From Marsupella aquatica (Eukaryota; Plantae; Marchantiophyta): DNA of 64,000 bases. The position numbers and the translations under genes were made by a program. The stretch lies in assembly GCA_973895155.1 (NCBI GenBank), contig OZ316891.1, positions 27,129,461 to 27,193,460 on the forward strand. The letters run 5' to 3'. Of this stretch, positions 36,301 through 51,049 are shown piece after piece. Below the pieces are notes generated by a model. The model had not been told where the DNA came from and made no database searches. It saw only the letters and a program-made list of their open reading frames with translations. How positions within the stretch are numbered: the first letter of the stretch is position 1; each line of letters begins with the position of its first letter.

Positions 36301-37557
36301 AAAATATGTCTGGCGGGCGGGCGGGCGGGCGGGCGCAGGCAGCTGGGGCAAGCTGCCTTGTCTCGCGGCTATGGACGTTGGGGAGAATGGAAAGGATTTC
36401 TAGAGCAGCTTGTGTGACGAAGGGCAATGGAGAGCCGAAGAGCTGTTCATTCGTGGCGCCGGGGCGGGAGTGAGGAGTAGTAGTAGTAGAGTGGTAGTCC
36501 GCCATCGCCACGAAGAGAAAGTGAACGAGAGAGTTTCGTGGACGAAGAAGACTTTGTTACCAGGCGGGACGAAAGGTCGAGTCGAGTCGAGTTGACTGAG
36601 AAGCAGCAGAGAGGGAGGGAGGGAGTGAGGGAGTAGTGAGCGATGACGACGATGGCAAAGGTAGGGCAGTGGTGGAGTAGAGAACTGGAGAATGATCGGG
36701 AGATCCGGCGGGTGGAGCGTGGGAAAGTGAAGTTTGGGAGGGAGATTGGAAAAGAGACCAGTGTTGAGAGGCGGAAGAAGAGGACGGGGACGGATTGAAA
36801 AAGCAAGGCAGGCTTCGTCGCCGGGGAGAGGGTGCGTATGGGTGTGGAGGTTGACGAGTTACTACTGTACTACCACCAGTGTACCATCTCAGTAGTAGTG
36901 AGTAGTCGAGTAGGAGTTGTATTTATTTGTCGACAAAGGGAGGGGAGCGAGTTAGGCTCGCTGAGCACAGTAGTCTGAGTCTGAAGCAGAGGAAGAGGGT
37001 GGCTGGCTGCGGCCTGAGGAGAGGCGATGATGATGCACTCGGTGGAGCGGAAGCAGGAGATTGTGATGAGCAAGGGGTCACACACGTGGAGGAACTGGAA
37101 AACAAATCACGAGCCTGCGTCTTGTGGATGTCATTTCTCTAATAAGAGGAAAGAGTTGTTCTCTGAGATTCTCGGATGATGCAAACGTGTACAGTCGACT
37201 TGTAGGAGATGGTGCTGTTGAGTGGGAGTCAGGGAGAGTTGATGCAGCTGTCCCGACTATTGTGACAATTACTAGAAAGAAAGAGAGCAGCGAGTGATGC
37301 TTCCCGCTCGGGGCGGCATCGATAGTTGGCCTCGACACTATGTATCTTTTATTAAGCTTTCGTGATTTGTTAGTCTTTTGGTAGCATCTTTCGGAAGCGC
37401 CACTGCGGAAATTGTGAGAGACCAACTTGTACTTTGGACGAGGGCTTAACATTTCGGAGCTGGTTTTACGGACAGTAGAGTGGGCTCTCTGAACTTATTT
37501 TCACCGAGCTTACTTCATTTTGGCACGGCCCTCGGAAGAAAGTGACGAGGCGACGAA

Positions 37558-40500
37558 ATGGCGAAGTCGAAAAATGCAAAGAAGGTTCTCGACTCTTACA
37601 CGGTCAAGGGTACTCACAAAGTTGTTAAAGGTGAGACTCCGTGGGATTGTTTTCCTGGTTTTGGAGGAAGCATGAAGTGTCGAGAAGCTGTTTACATTGC
37701 ATAGTGTATACTCTTACGGTATTAGCAGGCATTGTGTTGATACCTTCTAATTCATGTTGTTCGTAGCTGACTGTGAAGCGCTGGTGGTATTGATGAGTGC
37801 AGCTGGAGACTGCGTATTAATGCGAGCTCAAGATTCTGACAAACCGCCGTATGTTGCGAGAATAGAAAAAATTGAGTCGGATAGCCGCAGTAATGTCAAA
37901 GTGAGAGTGCGTTGGTACTACCGCCCGGAGGAGTCTATGGGTGGTCGTCGCCAATTTCATGGTCAAAAGGAATTGTTCCTATCTGATCATTATGATATTC
38001 AAAGTGCTGATACGATAGAAGGCAAGTGTATAGTTCACTCTTTCAAGGCCTACACGAAGCTGGACAGTGTTGGCACTGATGATTACTTTTGCCGTTTCGA
38101 ATATAAAGCTTCTACTGGCGGGTTTACTCCGGATAGAGTGGCTGTGTAAGTTTAACCTGACATATTTGCCCTAAATTATGAGCATCGATTGGATTTCCTT
38201 TGGCACTCGCGCCTTCCGCCCCTGGCTATGTTCTCCTTCTTTGGTTGCATTACCTTTGGCATTGTTTGCTCAATAGTTCACCACTTTAGGTCTTGCTGTC
38301 AACTTGAAAACCCTAGTGTGCTAGTCTGTGCCATTAGTCAACTCTAGTCTGCTAGTCTGTTCCATTAGTCACAGGGACTGGTCTGCTTGCAGGTACTGTA
38401 CGTGTGAGATGCCATACAACCCAGACGACTTGATGGTGCAGTGCGAGCAATGCAAGGATTGGTGAGCTAATCTTCTTTAAACCCTTGGTATTGGGCAAGC
38501 TCGCTCAAAAAAAAGTTCTTGATCGAGAAAGGTGATCTTGGCTACGGATATAATGTGCCAAGTTCGAATAACTGGTTAGAGTTTTTTGAGGTGATGATGA
38601 CGTGTAGCTGTACGAGGCTTTTCAGGCTGCAAAGTCTATTTGGAAGATCAGAGTCCCATCCCTTGCAGCTGTTCTAGGGGTGAGATGCCGAGAGGATTTC
38701 GGTCAGCAGCTCCCGTTCCTACTCTGATTTTGCTGTGTGGCGAGGAGGGCTAGTAGGTTTTACATTTCGTTGACAGAAGGTTGACGACAGGGAGAGCTTT
38801 ACCTCCTGTATAGTTCAGACTGAGTGGCTTCGTTTTCTTTCAGCGCAAATGGAGCATATTTCTGGGTTCATATCTTGTGACGGTTATCCCTTAATCTTTA
38901 CGTACTGATGGGAATTGACCACGGGAGTCCAAGTTGGAGGCAAACTATGATGATCGTCCCTGTCCTGGATCGCTTAGATAAACCCTCTTCAGCCAAAACT
39001 AGTCACTTCTCTTGAAATCCTAGTCCCATGCGAAATGCCGTGTGGTAGACTAAGCCACGACTCTCCTGGTCAATTACCATTCACTTGACTAGGTTTTCCA
39101 AACAAAATATGGATTCCACTTGACTAGGTTTTCTATGTAGAGTCACAATTTTGTACTGAAGCGGGCCTTGTCAAGCAATTAAAGTCAGGGATGAATGTCA
39201 TAAGTTGCCGCTACTGTCTTGCATTATGGCGATGACATTTGGTAATATCTCCTGTGGGTAATTCCTAGCCGAGGGCATCCTTCACAATCGGTGCTAGCAA
39301 ATATCCGACTGCGTCCTGGGGTTTGTTCATATTAGAATAGGTCAAGATCCCTTTGTTAACCTCATCCCTGAAAGGATATTTTCCGATCATGAAGTTTGAA
39401 TTGATATGCTTCTTTATCTGGGGCATGCTAATGGATCTATCGCGGACCATATTATGTGCTTGAAATGGATTGTCTCCAACACGGAAGGTACTTGCTGCAT
39501 CACTCAAGGAAGTAGCTGTAGTCATGTTAACACGGTGCCAGTATAAGTTATTCTGTTAGTCTTCAGGTTATTTGATGAACTGCTGACCAGTGACGTTTAT
39601 GAATTAAGACGTGAATGGGATTAAAAATATTGGTACGAGATCTCTGGTAGGCGGAGGTAACTACCGGGAGGATTTCCGATGGAGTGGGCAGGTTAGCGTT
39701 TGTTAGTCTCGTTGTGGGCAACATACAGATTGACTGTCCGATTGTAACAGCGGTTAGAGTTGAATGTCACTAAACATTCTGCAAGGAATACGGGGTTTTA
39801 CTATGTTGACTGCTTCAGATTTGTTGATCCGGCCTGCCTTCCTCATTGTTTTTAGTTGCTGGGAAATGTTGTTACCCCAATGATGTTCGTCACTGCAAAT
39901 TTTGAACTATGGTCTAGATGGACGTGCATATCGATCCATCCATACTCTTATCATCATAGCTAAATATGAGATTATTGACTGAACGTTCCCTGACCCTTGA
40001 GTCAGGGTTTTGCAGTGCATTCCTCCTTCTCACATCCCTCATTTCTTACAGTTGCTGGGAAATTGCTGTTACTCCAATGATGTTCTCGACTGCAGATTTC
40101 GAACTATAGTCGAGACGGGCGTGTATATCGATCCATCCACTCTTATTATCATAGCTAAACCCGAGATTATTGACTGAACGTTTTTCATTCGTCCTTCTCC
40201 CATCCCAATCCCGGTGGGCTTGTTCTTGCCTTTCCGTACGTATCTATATTCTCGTACTCAGTCGGGAAGGTTCCGTCATTTAAACCAGTTCAGGTGTGAT
40301 GGTGATCCGTACCAATCTTTCAGGAAGAAGGAAAGGGCTAACCATTTGGCAAGGGTCACTGAGGGGTGGATGATTTGAGGCTCAATGTAGGCATGAGTAG
40401 TTCCCTGTACAGGGCTTTTCAGTGACGGGAGCTATTCTTCGACTTTATAAATTGGGGAAGGTTGGGATCCGCAGGAGGTTCCAGTATGGCTGGAGGAATT

Positions 40501-42195
40501 AACGGATACTAAGAGCATCCTTTTTTGAACAAATGCATTAGGCAACCTCGTATCAGAGAAGACGTTATCGTGGAGCCGTTCTAGAGCTTCATTTGACCCA
40601 ATTTCAAGGGGCAGCATTGTTCTCGCCTCCCAAGTACTGGCAGTGCGAGCTGTGATCTGGACTTGCTTCCCAGTCATGGATGGCTGCTAGAACACCTTTG
40701 TTGGGGCACCTCTGACAGCCTTCCAATTATGGGTTACTTCAAGGGCCTCAACAATTGAGGGGGTAGGAATAGGTTCCTTGCTGATAAGCGTCAATGTTGT
40801 GCGAATGCAGGTTTCATTCCAATTGTGTGCACCTGAGCACCGAGCAGGTAACCAACTTGGACAAGTTCGTCTGTGCAGACTGTTCACCTGACAACCACAA
40901 AAGGGGGAATGCATCATTTAAGACAACCCACCCTGATACTAAGGTATGCTTTCAGAGAGTGTGCTAATTCTTAAATATTTCTCCTCTGCAGGTTCCACCC
41001 TACATGCATGAATATTTCTGCAGAACAAGTTAAAAAGCTGGAACAATTTTTTTGCCCTGAATGTTCCTCCCAACCTGGTGGAAAGAAGTTTCGCAACAAC
41101 TCGCAGATAGCGTCCCAGCAGCAAGAACCAAAGGTATGCACTGTGTTTTGCTGCTTGGTCTTGCAGCTGCAGCAGCAGAATTGGCAGTCGGCTCTTGATT
41201 GAGGACAGTCAATGGTCTGAAATTGGCGAATTTTCAGACCCATGAGGCACTTCTCATGCAAACAACTTGCGTTGTGGAATGAGCTGCGTAACAGCGTCTT
41301 TCCTTCTCAGTGTAGCCGTCAAGACATTTATCTTGGTCGGACATTATTGCAATAATCAACTTGTTGGAGCGTGTCTCTTCTATGTTGAGGCATGCAGTCC
41401 AGTCTAGAGACTGCTCGTCCCCCCCACTCAAAATTGTAGTTTCTTTAGTGGAACCCGCTTCGCAATACTACTCGGCTTTCCTTCAGATGGATAAGTGTCG
41501 TAGTATCTTTGCTCCAGTTTGTCTTGGTCTTTCACAGATCCGATGGTTTGCGGACCAAGTTTAACAGTCTATACTACACGCAATGTCATCATTTGCGTCG
41601 CCAGGAGCACTAAGGCTAGGCGTATTTCATTTCAGTGTTAATCCGTCTTTGAATAGATGGTACCCATCATTTCTGGCCTTCGGTACCTGCAGTGTTTGTC
41701 TGTTTTGTTGAAGAGTACAGCAAGTTAATGCTTGGAAATAGACTCTTGTACAGTCATCTCATTGTTAAATTGAAAGCGTACACTGGCTGAGATGAAAATT
41801 TAGAGAAAAATTGAAGATGATTTGTGCAAGCCTAAGTTTATTGGCGATTGCGTGTTTCTCGGTCAACTGGTTTGATAGTCGTTGATGTTACCTCTTTTAA
41901 ACGGACCAGTTCTCGGTCATAAGTTTTGTTTTATAGGATTGCGTTCTTAGGTTATCAAACATGACATTGTCTGTTTTGTTGTCTATTTGCAAGGATGAGT
42001 ATACTTTAATCTGGTTACTTCATTTCTGCGATACAGTGTAATTAGTTGTGGAATTTTTTCTGCGTGAATGAAAGTGAGTCAGCATATCCTATTTTGAGTG
42101 GATAACGCGATGGCACCTTATGTGGAAGGAATCTAACGATACAGTTTTTTACGTGTGTATGTCTGCAGTCAGAATCAAAGCGCCGGAAGAAGTGA
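37558..42195 (+). CDS. EBS: EBS/SHL-type BAH-PHD chromatin reader, 217 aa
   Basis: Exons 37558-37630, 37803-38145, 38393-38461, 40992-41133 and 42169-42195 (GT-AG, 654 nt). BAH: GDCVLMR...[31 protein letters not shown]: [31 protein letters not shown] and SHL cannot be told apart here. Confidence 0.95.
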
Positions 42196-45100
42196 AGAGA
42201 AAGGCAGAGTACCTTCTTCTACAGAATTCAAGAGCGTGTGAAGTTTCCAACTTGCAGTTTCACCAACCTAGTGTACGGTGAGAAGGCATTGTCTAGCAAT
42301 TGGAGTGAAGGCGTATCTACGCTTGACAGTCATTTTTCAGGCATGGGATTCCAAAGGTGTGGGTGGTTCCTGCTTGTCATGACAGCCAAGCTCTACTGGG
42401 ACATTTGGCCTTGGGTGTCGTTTGCTCCAAATCAGTAATTGTAAATCTTAGAAGCTCTAAATCAAGAGGTTGACCCAGATCTGACAGTTGTGCTGGTGTC
42501 CTTTAAAGACATCGGTAGCTGTAGCGCCAAGGATTGTACTATCATGTCCCTACGCTCTGTTACAGGGATTGTACCAAGGGTTGAGGTAAAGCCCTTCATA
42601 GGCCTGTTCTGAAGTTCACGAGGGATAAATCCTCAGATGCACAGCTGTCTCTGAACTTTCAGCCATTTCCACCACTAGAGGTTTCCCAGAACGGCCTTTG
42701 AGGTTTGCCTGATGTCAATATCTCTTACCTGTCTTTGCAGACGGGTTCCAATTATTCTTGATGGCAGATTCCGCCTAAGAATTGAAAATCTGATATGTTC
42801 GGACATTTTCTGAAGAGCCGCACCTTGGGGATCCGGGTGCAATCTAGAAAAGACCAATCCCGTCCTGGCAGTCTTGTGCATAATTGTAGGGCTCTGATAC
42901 GTCGATTACTCCAGTTGGAAAGAGTAGACTCGAAGTTGTGATATGCTCACTGCTCTGGTCAATTTCTCCAGTGTAAGCCGTCTGAGTCATGAATGAGAAA
43001 AACTTTTGAATGGACAGCTTTTCCGATTTTGCGAATAACTTTTATGCTTAATTTGGTGGTGCCTCAGCTATTTTGATGCCTCCGTCCCCGAACTGGTTTT
43101 CCTTGTGCCGACTTAGTAGGCGCTCTTACACGAACAATTCTAGGTTGTCCAGTCAAGTTTTTATCGTTTGATGCAGTGGCTAACAATTTAAGACGGGGTA
43201 CCAGCTTGGAATGAGCAAGTAGTTTTGTCTACACGAAGTTTTGCAGTGGAGTTGGGTCGCTTGCCTACCTGCTAGCAATCCGAAGATAGGTCTATTTTTA
43301 GAAGAAAGTAAAATTGTTAGCAAATATGTTCACGAACTTCTGCTGTGGAAATGAGTCACTTGACTAGGAAACATTTTTATTAGTATCTGCTGTGGTTTCT
43401 CCCGAAGGGCCTAGGTAAACCGTAATCCAAAATATGCATCTTGATTCTTCCTCTAGGTCAACGAGACTGCCTTCAGTAACACCCATTGCAGTTGTGGTGA
43501 CTGTCCAGTTCAGGGCAAAATGGGAAGATGTTTTCCAAAAGTGTACATAGAATAACGTATTTAGTACAAATTTTTGCTTTGATAAAATGTAAGAGAAATA
43601 AGACGGGAAATCCAATCGAGTGAACTTTTTCCAAATGTCTTCCTAAGTTTATGCTCTAATTGCTCAAGTATATGCGCATCATGCCCCCAAAATTGCACCA
43701 CTATTGTCAGGATGACTTAACTCCATCTCCCTTCCCTCTCCCCAACGCTTGTGGCAGTTCGTGGCCAGTTGACAAAAAGTGTCTTAAGAGTTTAGGTGTC
43801 CAATTTGTCATAGGTGTGCAAATGCTACGAAGTCAGTGGAAGAGAGCGGATTGGGTGAGCTTAGGGTAACTGTAATAGCGAGATTGGAGGGGATTTGGGT
43901 ACTTCATCCCACCTTTGGTATAATTATTACTTGTTAGACGATTATCTTGATCCAAGTCACTGTCAAAAGACCATGCTATAATACTCGGTTCATGATGTTC
44001 AACTTATCTTGGGACTAAGTGAAAAAGCATGGAGACTCACCAATATTCTCCTAAATTTCTTACCTGATAGAATGAGTAAAAAAATTACTGAACAAGAATT
44101 TCAATATAAAAGGTGCCCGACAAATTGTTCGCTGTCATGAATCCATGCATTAGTTTACTCCAAATTCTGAAGTCCTCCAGCATGGACCACCTGGTTCGCA
44201 GTACTACTGGTTGAATATTCAACTTCTTGGGTTTGACCATGTTGATCAGTGTGTACGTCTGATATTTCAGTAAGCACACTGTAAGAAGTTCCTCTATCTT
44301 GGTTAACGATGTTGATCATATGATGTAGTGAAAATAATATAGGTGTTATCAACCTGTGATGACTAAAGGTGCCTCACGCAACAAATCTAATAGCCTACCT
44401 GCATGGTCCAAACATCAATATTTTCATTCCCACAGATATGGCGTACAACTCCCTTACCAATCATTGCATAACACTACGAAGGGATAAGATCTGCACAGGC
44501 AAAGTATGGTAGTTCAGCAAACGAGAAAAGAAACCGATCCTCGTTGACAAGTGAAGGATATTGAACAGGATTGGGAGGGAGGCTTGGCGGGCAAGAGGGC
44601 TCTCAAGCTCACATGCTTCAGAAGTGGGATGGGTATATATGAAGCTTACTTACAACCGTCATTGTAAAGGTTGTTGCATCAAATTTCACAGGACAACATC
44701 TGTGCAGGCAAAGTCCGGCAGCTCAGCAAACGAGAAGGAAACGGTCGTTGTTGAACATTGATATTGCACAGGACTGGGGGGCAAATGGGCTCGAGCTTAT
44801 ATTTGTGCAGGCTTCAAAGTGGGATGGATATATTGGAAGCGTATTTACCAGTGTCATTGAATTGTCTTTGACGTCACTAAACTTCTCCAGATGTAATTTG
44901 CAATTAATTTTAATTTTGTGGAGTATTTTGCAAGAATAAAAAACAAGGTTTTACAGGTTCACAGTTCTGTAATTGCATAAGAAATACCTTGCGCAAGTAG
45001 GGAAGTTAACCTGTGTTCCATCGTACATTTGACCAGCTTCTGCGTATCCTACCTGGAAGGGCTGCTCCAAAACCTCACCGTCTCTTGTCACACAAAAAAA

Positions 45101-45649
45101 GGGGGGTCGTCTCTCACCAATCTGGAACGACCAACCTTGATCTTTGATTGAGAATAAGAACATAACGTTTTGCCATGTTAAGAATCAAAGGCATAGCAAA
45201 TATGTCCACCTTATAAACTCGTGGTAAACCAGATGAGTTGCAGCTGAAACATCAACCCTGCAAAATATTGAATTGCACGATGACTAAAAGAATACCCGTG
45301 CAGGCAAGGTTACTTGCAAGCTCGGAAGGATCTCAAATATTCGACAAGCTTATTGGTCTGATGCGCACCTAATTTTCAATTGCTCAGTTTCAAAGATACT
45401 TCCCAGATTGAGATCTCATCACACCATGCTTTGCTAGACTTTTTAAGTTTGTGGGGTTCATGGCAATGTCTCTGCACAGCATAATCCCAACAAGCAATCA
45501 CTTCAAAGCATTCCCAACTTACAATCAAGTTGAGATACATTTTGTTACCAAAACATTGCAGAGTCTGCACGGTGAGATCAAATCAGAAGAAGACACATTC
45601 AGAAAATGAACACATAACAAAGAGGCATGCATTGAAGGTTAGAAGGTAC

Positions 45650-48600
45650 CTTTGATACAGGTATACTGCGACATAAAAGATTATGAGCAGGATGATTGTA
45701 AACAGTGAGAACGCAAAGAAAAGCGACCTGTTCTTATGCTTCTGCAAAAGTCCAAGAGAATGTCAACATAGGAAACTTCCCAACCTTTTGCAAAACTTTT
45801 GATCATATCTTTCAACCCTGGTCTGGACCGCTGTGTAAATGTAATTTCATTCTATGGAATTATTGAGATTGGGCGCCTCCACAAGGCGAAGAGAACACGC
45901 ACGGTAATTGATCAGTTTATCACACCAAGAAATGGACCTATCCCATAGTTCAGGTAGTGTTCAAAGACTTTCACTTACCCCACTGCCTCTTGGGAAAGGT
46001 TTCGAATCTCGATTGCAGGTGTGAGAATCACAGAACTGGCGCAAGAAAAAATCTGTCCAAAAATTTGACATATTGCACCAAGTGTTACGATTGTTTGCAA
46101 GCAAGTGAGTTCAAATGACCAAAATAAGTGCAATTGCCCAGGTTATAACAAGGCTATGACCGTGCTGCATAAAGCTGGTATTTTACAGTACACAAGGAGA
46201 CTCTTTAGTCAACAGATTCATCAGAAAACAACTCACCATGTAACAGCTTTGCAGTGGCACCTTCGTCTGTTGGGAAACAAGTATTTGCCAGGCTCTGCAA
46301 TCCCAAACGTATCAGGGTAAATCACCATCTTTGTCTCAGCCACGAGCCACCTTAGAGCAACAGATAGGCAGCTTAAGTTGGGAGAAAAAAGGAGGGTAAA
46401 AGCCATCTAAACATGAAGGGGTCTTGTTTTCATGTATCTCAGAGCAATTATTTTTAGAATTCAGATCTGAATCTACACACTGAAGCCACGTCAAATTGCT
46501 GTTGGGCGTCCAACTCATAAGTGGTTGAAATAATTGGCTTGACAGGCACGAAGCGACAGTTTGGAATAATTACCTCGCAGAGATGTTTATTCTTGTCAAC
46601 TGCTGCTCGGTTGCAAGGTTTTCTCCTGCTTATCTTGCTCAGGCTAGGAACTTTGTCACAATGTATAGCACCACAAACATCTGCCAGACATCGATTTGGA
46701 CTCTGCATCCAGTTCAACAAGATTGAAACACCATAAGAACAGATTTTTAGAGTCATCTTCAAGTAGAGCAAGGAGAAAGGTTGGGATCACGGATAAACGG
46801 AGGACACTGAAGGAACTTGGTGAACGATTTGAAACTTGAAGCAGCCTTAGAGCCAATCCACAAAAACTCACACAACAGAGAGAACTTCTTTTGACTGGAA
46901 TTTTGCACCATGAATTGTCATGCCCCGATGTTTGTTGCTACACAAATCGAGACGGCTCTAGGGGAAAGCTGCCTCAATATGGCCTAGACTTTAAGTAGGT
47001 CTCAGGAGTTATACGCTGGCCCTATTGATGGCTCGGGGATATGACCAAATAAACGCATAATACTTACAATAATTCTAGCTTACCAAATCATCTACAATAG
47101 CGCCCCTATTTCAAACAAAAGGGAACAGACAATCGTACTAATGTCAATCAAAACACAAAGACAACTACAGGCAGTCATGTCAATATACCATGAAATGACT
47201 AGGATTTTCACGAGTTATGCAATTGGGTCCACTAATGCCATGTTTACTGCACACCCAGCCACCTTCTTCACATAACAAAGGTTTTTAACAATGGGGACAA
47301 GGGTTGGAGCCATCTATAGCTACATGCAAACACAGAGATTATACCAAATCAACTGCAATTACCTTGAAAGTTGCCGAGAACTGAAACTGATCAAGAGAAC
47401 AGCAAGACGACCACGTACCATGTCAAGCTTGTCATGGTGACGGTTGTCAAAATGTTTATCCAGAAATTCTTCCGAGCGGAACATTTTCATGCAATAATTG
47501 CATTGCCATTGTGTTGGTCGAATAGTGTCTTTCTGACCTTCCTGCTCGTGGAACATGTCATTTTCAGGGTTTAGCCTGCATTTGGTAGACAAATTGTACT
47601 GCTGTTGCTCGAGGAAAGGGACGAGATACTGCACAAATCAGAGAATCCTTGTCAGATGAAATCTTCCAAGAAAACATATCCTCTGGCTACGGTCAGGATT
47701 GAAGTGTCGTTTGGCAACGCCAATACCACTGGGAATTCCTCAAATATCGGTTTCTTGTTTAAGTAATAGTGAAGTTGCAGAAATCTTGGGAAGGAAATCC
47801 TTTCACCTCGTCTAAAATTGAACGAGCTGTCCTACTCCTTGGTCTGGAGCAATGCACTTTACGATCTCCCACCTCGTTGTCTTCCTGCCTGCCAAATGAG
47901 CTTGCAGAAAACAGTTACTTCCCATGCTAGATCATTGCACAAATCTTCTCAATAGAGTTCCATACAGTAGTTCTAAGTCACTGCTATTCTAATGACAACC
48001 CACAGATGATCCTTCCAGCGGTGTGAAAACTAGGAAGGCAAAGGATAATCTTTACTTCGTTCTACTTCATTTCTCTGCACTAACAGCTACAAATCTAATC
48101 CTGTCTCATGACTTATCTCAGAAATTGATGATTAATCGAGGATTGAAACCATACCAGCTGTTGAGCACGCGTCCGCTCTGCAATACACAACAGATGATCA
48201 ACAATACACCGATAATGTTCCTCATGTTACGTCAAGGTCTACAACCGACGGACAAGGTACAACAAACAAAGGTCCTGCGATTCAACTCGACAATTTTTTT
48301 AAGGCCGCTAGCCCGCACTCTTCCTATCGAATATGCTTTCCGGCATCATTTTTTCGGTTACTTGGTTCCCGAGAACTCTCTGAGTCTCAGAAAACTTCAC
48401 TCCATGTCAACAACATGAGTGCATTTCTTCGGGGCAAGCAGTAACGTGCCACAGGAGATTTTCAAAACAGAACTACACTCCTCGCGTGCAGCGGACGTCC
48501 GCTCGCAGCTACACAACCCGGAACTTTCATGTTAAAAACCATATGTGTCGTTCCTCGTTCGCACAGACACGGCCTGGAATTACGGCTGGGAGGCTAAGTA

Positions 48601-48813
48601 AGGCAGGCTCAAGGCATATTCAGCAGAGTCTCTCTCCGGCCAAGACGCACGACGGCACGAGTCACATATCGAAGATAAAATCCAGGAGGTTGTGCAGCAC
48701 GTACGTACCGAATCTAGTGACGAGAGACAGCCGCACACATGGAAAACGAGAAACAGGCTGACCACAGACAACACTCGCGGCCAATTCTTCATCCTGCATT
48801 TGTCACCCACCAT
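45650..48813 (-). CDS. Conserved plant C2H2-finger membrane protein (signal peptide, Cys-rich region, C-terminal TM helix); last exon unresolved
   Basis: Exons 48813 (or 48792)-48709, 47884-47807, 47628-47419, 46702-46574, 46294-46237, 46052-45979 and 45741-45650 splice in phase. Motifs VHCSRPRSR, WQCNYCMKMFRSEEFLDKHFDNRH, RCLADVCGAIHC, FFLRQFCDSHTC; TM LFFAFSLFTIILLIIFYVAVYLY. Confidence 0.88.
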
Positions 48814-49168
48814 GACGACCAGGACGCGATGTAGCGGCTGAATATGCCAGACACTCAGGCGCAGCCTTATCACGCTCTGCTGTAGCAAAGCGTGATCTCA
48901 ATTCGAAATCCGGCACAAACAATACAAACTCGCAATCATATCCAAATTCACCGGAAGAACCGGAGCGAACAAATCTTCCCTCCTTCGCTCGCCCTCCAGA
49001 GCTGGATGCCCAGATTCATCTCCAGTCTCGTGCACCCGATTTCTCTCTCTTCCGATCCCATCGCATCGTCATGCGGGAATAGGACGGATGTGGCAGCAAT
49101 GATCGCAGGATGTGAAGAAGTACCAGATTACCCTTCCTTCCCACCTGGAGAGGCTGCCGATTGTCCTT

Positions 49169-49870
49169 TGTCCCACGATCCTCTCTCTCTCTCTATTACT
49201 CCTGAATCTTTCGGGATGGTCGGTTGAAGGAGAGGGGAGAAGGTTTCCATGGTACAGTTTAGGATAATGGTCGGTTGAATTAAGGAGAGCGGTGAAAGGG
49301 GAGAAGGTTCCATGGAAAAGTATGGGAAGGAGGGCCGGCCCATAGGGAGTAGGGCTGGGGTAATTGTGGGGTAGAGGGAAGCACATATGTGCTAGGGGTG
49401 CACATTTCTTCTATCAATGGTCAGGAAAAACAGCTAATCGAATCCAACGGCTGTGGGTCTTTCCCGTCCAACAGTTTTTTTTGTGTTGGGACGAAAGACT
49501 AAAAAAGGCGGGATCCCTTATTATAGTTGTAGATGGTCGGTTGAAGGAGAGGGGTGAAAGGGGAGAAGGTTCTAATGGCAAAGTATAGGATAATGCAGGT
49601 TTGGTCTGGGGTATAGTAAGTAATCTCTGTCCCGGGGGAAAAAAGGTTACTTTTGGGCAAATGATTACGGGAATAGCAAGGGCCTAGAGAAATGTATACA
49701 TGCCGTGACCTGCCTTTTTTGAGGTTTGGTTTCCCTCTTTCGAATTAAAAATGGGCCTTTTTGTTCTAGTAAAATATGGTGGTGCATTGTCCCATGATGC
49801 TCTCTCTACTGCTGAGTCCGGGATGGTTGCTTGGAGCAAGGCGTGTAAGGGGAGAAGGTTCCATGGTAAG
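49169..49870. repeat. Local degenerate direct repeats in the upstream region of the C2H2 gene
   Basis: atggtcggttgaa(g)gagagggg..aagg(g)gagaaggttc.atgg at ~49217, ~49268, ~49533 and partially ~49822; tgtccca.gat.ctctctct at 49169 and ~49788. Confidence 0.65.
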
Positions 49871-50658
49871 GTTAAAGCTGGGGGTTTTCAGGTTTGGTTT
49901 CCCTCCTTCAAATAAAAAAAGAGGGCATTTTTAATGCTGGTGCACCACATGAATTTCAAGTCACCATACTAAAGTTGGATCCTCACAAAGGCTTGCCTTC
50001 TCGAGTTGGCATATCCCCCAACCCATAATCAAAACCCAAAAAATACAACAAACAATAAAAGTTGCCCTCATTCTGCAATCAATTTGGTCAGTATAGTAGT
50101 TTCCAGATAGTAGTATAGTAGTTTCCAGATAGTAGTCCATAGTAGTCCAGACAATCACTCCTATCAATGGCCAAATATGAGTAGGTTGGATAACAATGTC
50201 TGGGAGGAGTGCAATGCCACAATGATCTCAAAGATGTGTTACATGATAGGATAAATCAGAGAAATTCTGAAGTTCAAAGGAAAAACATTCTCTGATCCTG
50301 AACATACAAACTAAGGGTCATGGAGGCCTGAGGATGGCCTGGCCTACATCCAATGTCTCCTAAAGTGGTTTGGATATTTGATTCGAACTAACCATTTGAT
50401 TGGGACCAGATAAGACGGAATACTGGAGTGAGACCATAATCTTCCACCATCATCGATCAGACTCGTTAGGCACGGATAATTTGTTTTTGATTTTGAGCCC
50501 GCTTTCCCTATTTGTTCTAAAGAACATCTTTGGTGATCCTCCTGCAATTCTGCTTCACACCTACTTCTCTACCTTGAGACAAACTTTGCTCAAAATTGCA
50601 ACAATTTTTAGGGTATCTAGCCTAAACCATTACCTGTTCTTCCAAAACGCAATTGCCA

Positions 50659-50950
50659 CTTGGGGGGTTGACTATCAAAAATCTTAGGAACCACATACAA
50701 TCCAAAATATGTATTTAAATTGATATAAATTAACTAAAGTTTTTTAAAGCATAAGAGGCAAAAGAAGGTATTATAAACTCATATTTATAGAATATTCTCT
50801 AATATATATCTTTTATAAAGTAAAAAAATTATTAATATTCAAAATAGAAAATTTTCTTGGAAAATTTTCTTTATAAAATAGGTCTATTTATATTAGGCTA
50901 TGATCGCACATGGTACCCCAAAATTATATACACTTAGTTAACCCCCCAAG
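50659..50950. mobile_element. hAT-type MITE, 292 bp
   Basis: TIRs CTTGGGGGGTTGACTA / TAGTTAACCCCCCAAG; 8-bp TSD aattgcca (50651-50658) / aattgtca (50951-50958); homologous to 5113-5736. Confidence 0.9.
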
Positions 50951-51049
50951 AATTGTCAGTGCCAAAATGTTGTTCTCAAAAAAATTGTATGTCACTTTCT
51001 CGTGGTGGTACAACTAGCCAAACAAAAATCTGCTCAAATTCCAAAACTA

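Noticed and set aside
36275-37452. Short ORFs upstream of the BAH-PHD gene, and similar ORFs at 54171-54607 and 62413-63303
   Set aside because: These are GA/CT-rich 5' UTR or promoter sequence giving low-complexity translations with no family motifs.
42521-42535. gtagcgccaagg as an extra palindrome copy outside the MULE (also tagcgccc at ~47098)
   Set aside because: Half-site matches only, as expected by chance.
42660-45400. Candidate final exons of the C2H2 gene (~45210-45257, ~44085-44190 and others)
   Set aside because: Several acceptors are plausible and none has a recognisable conserved peptide; RNA-seq is needed.
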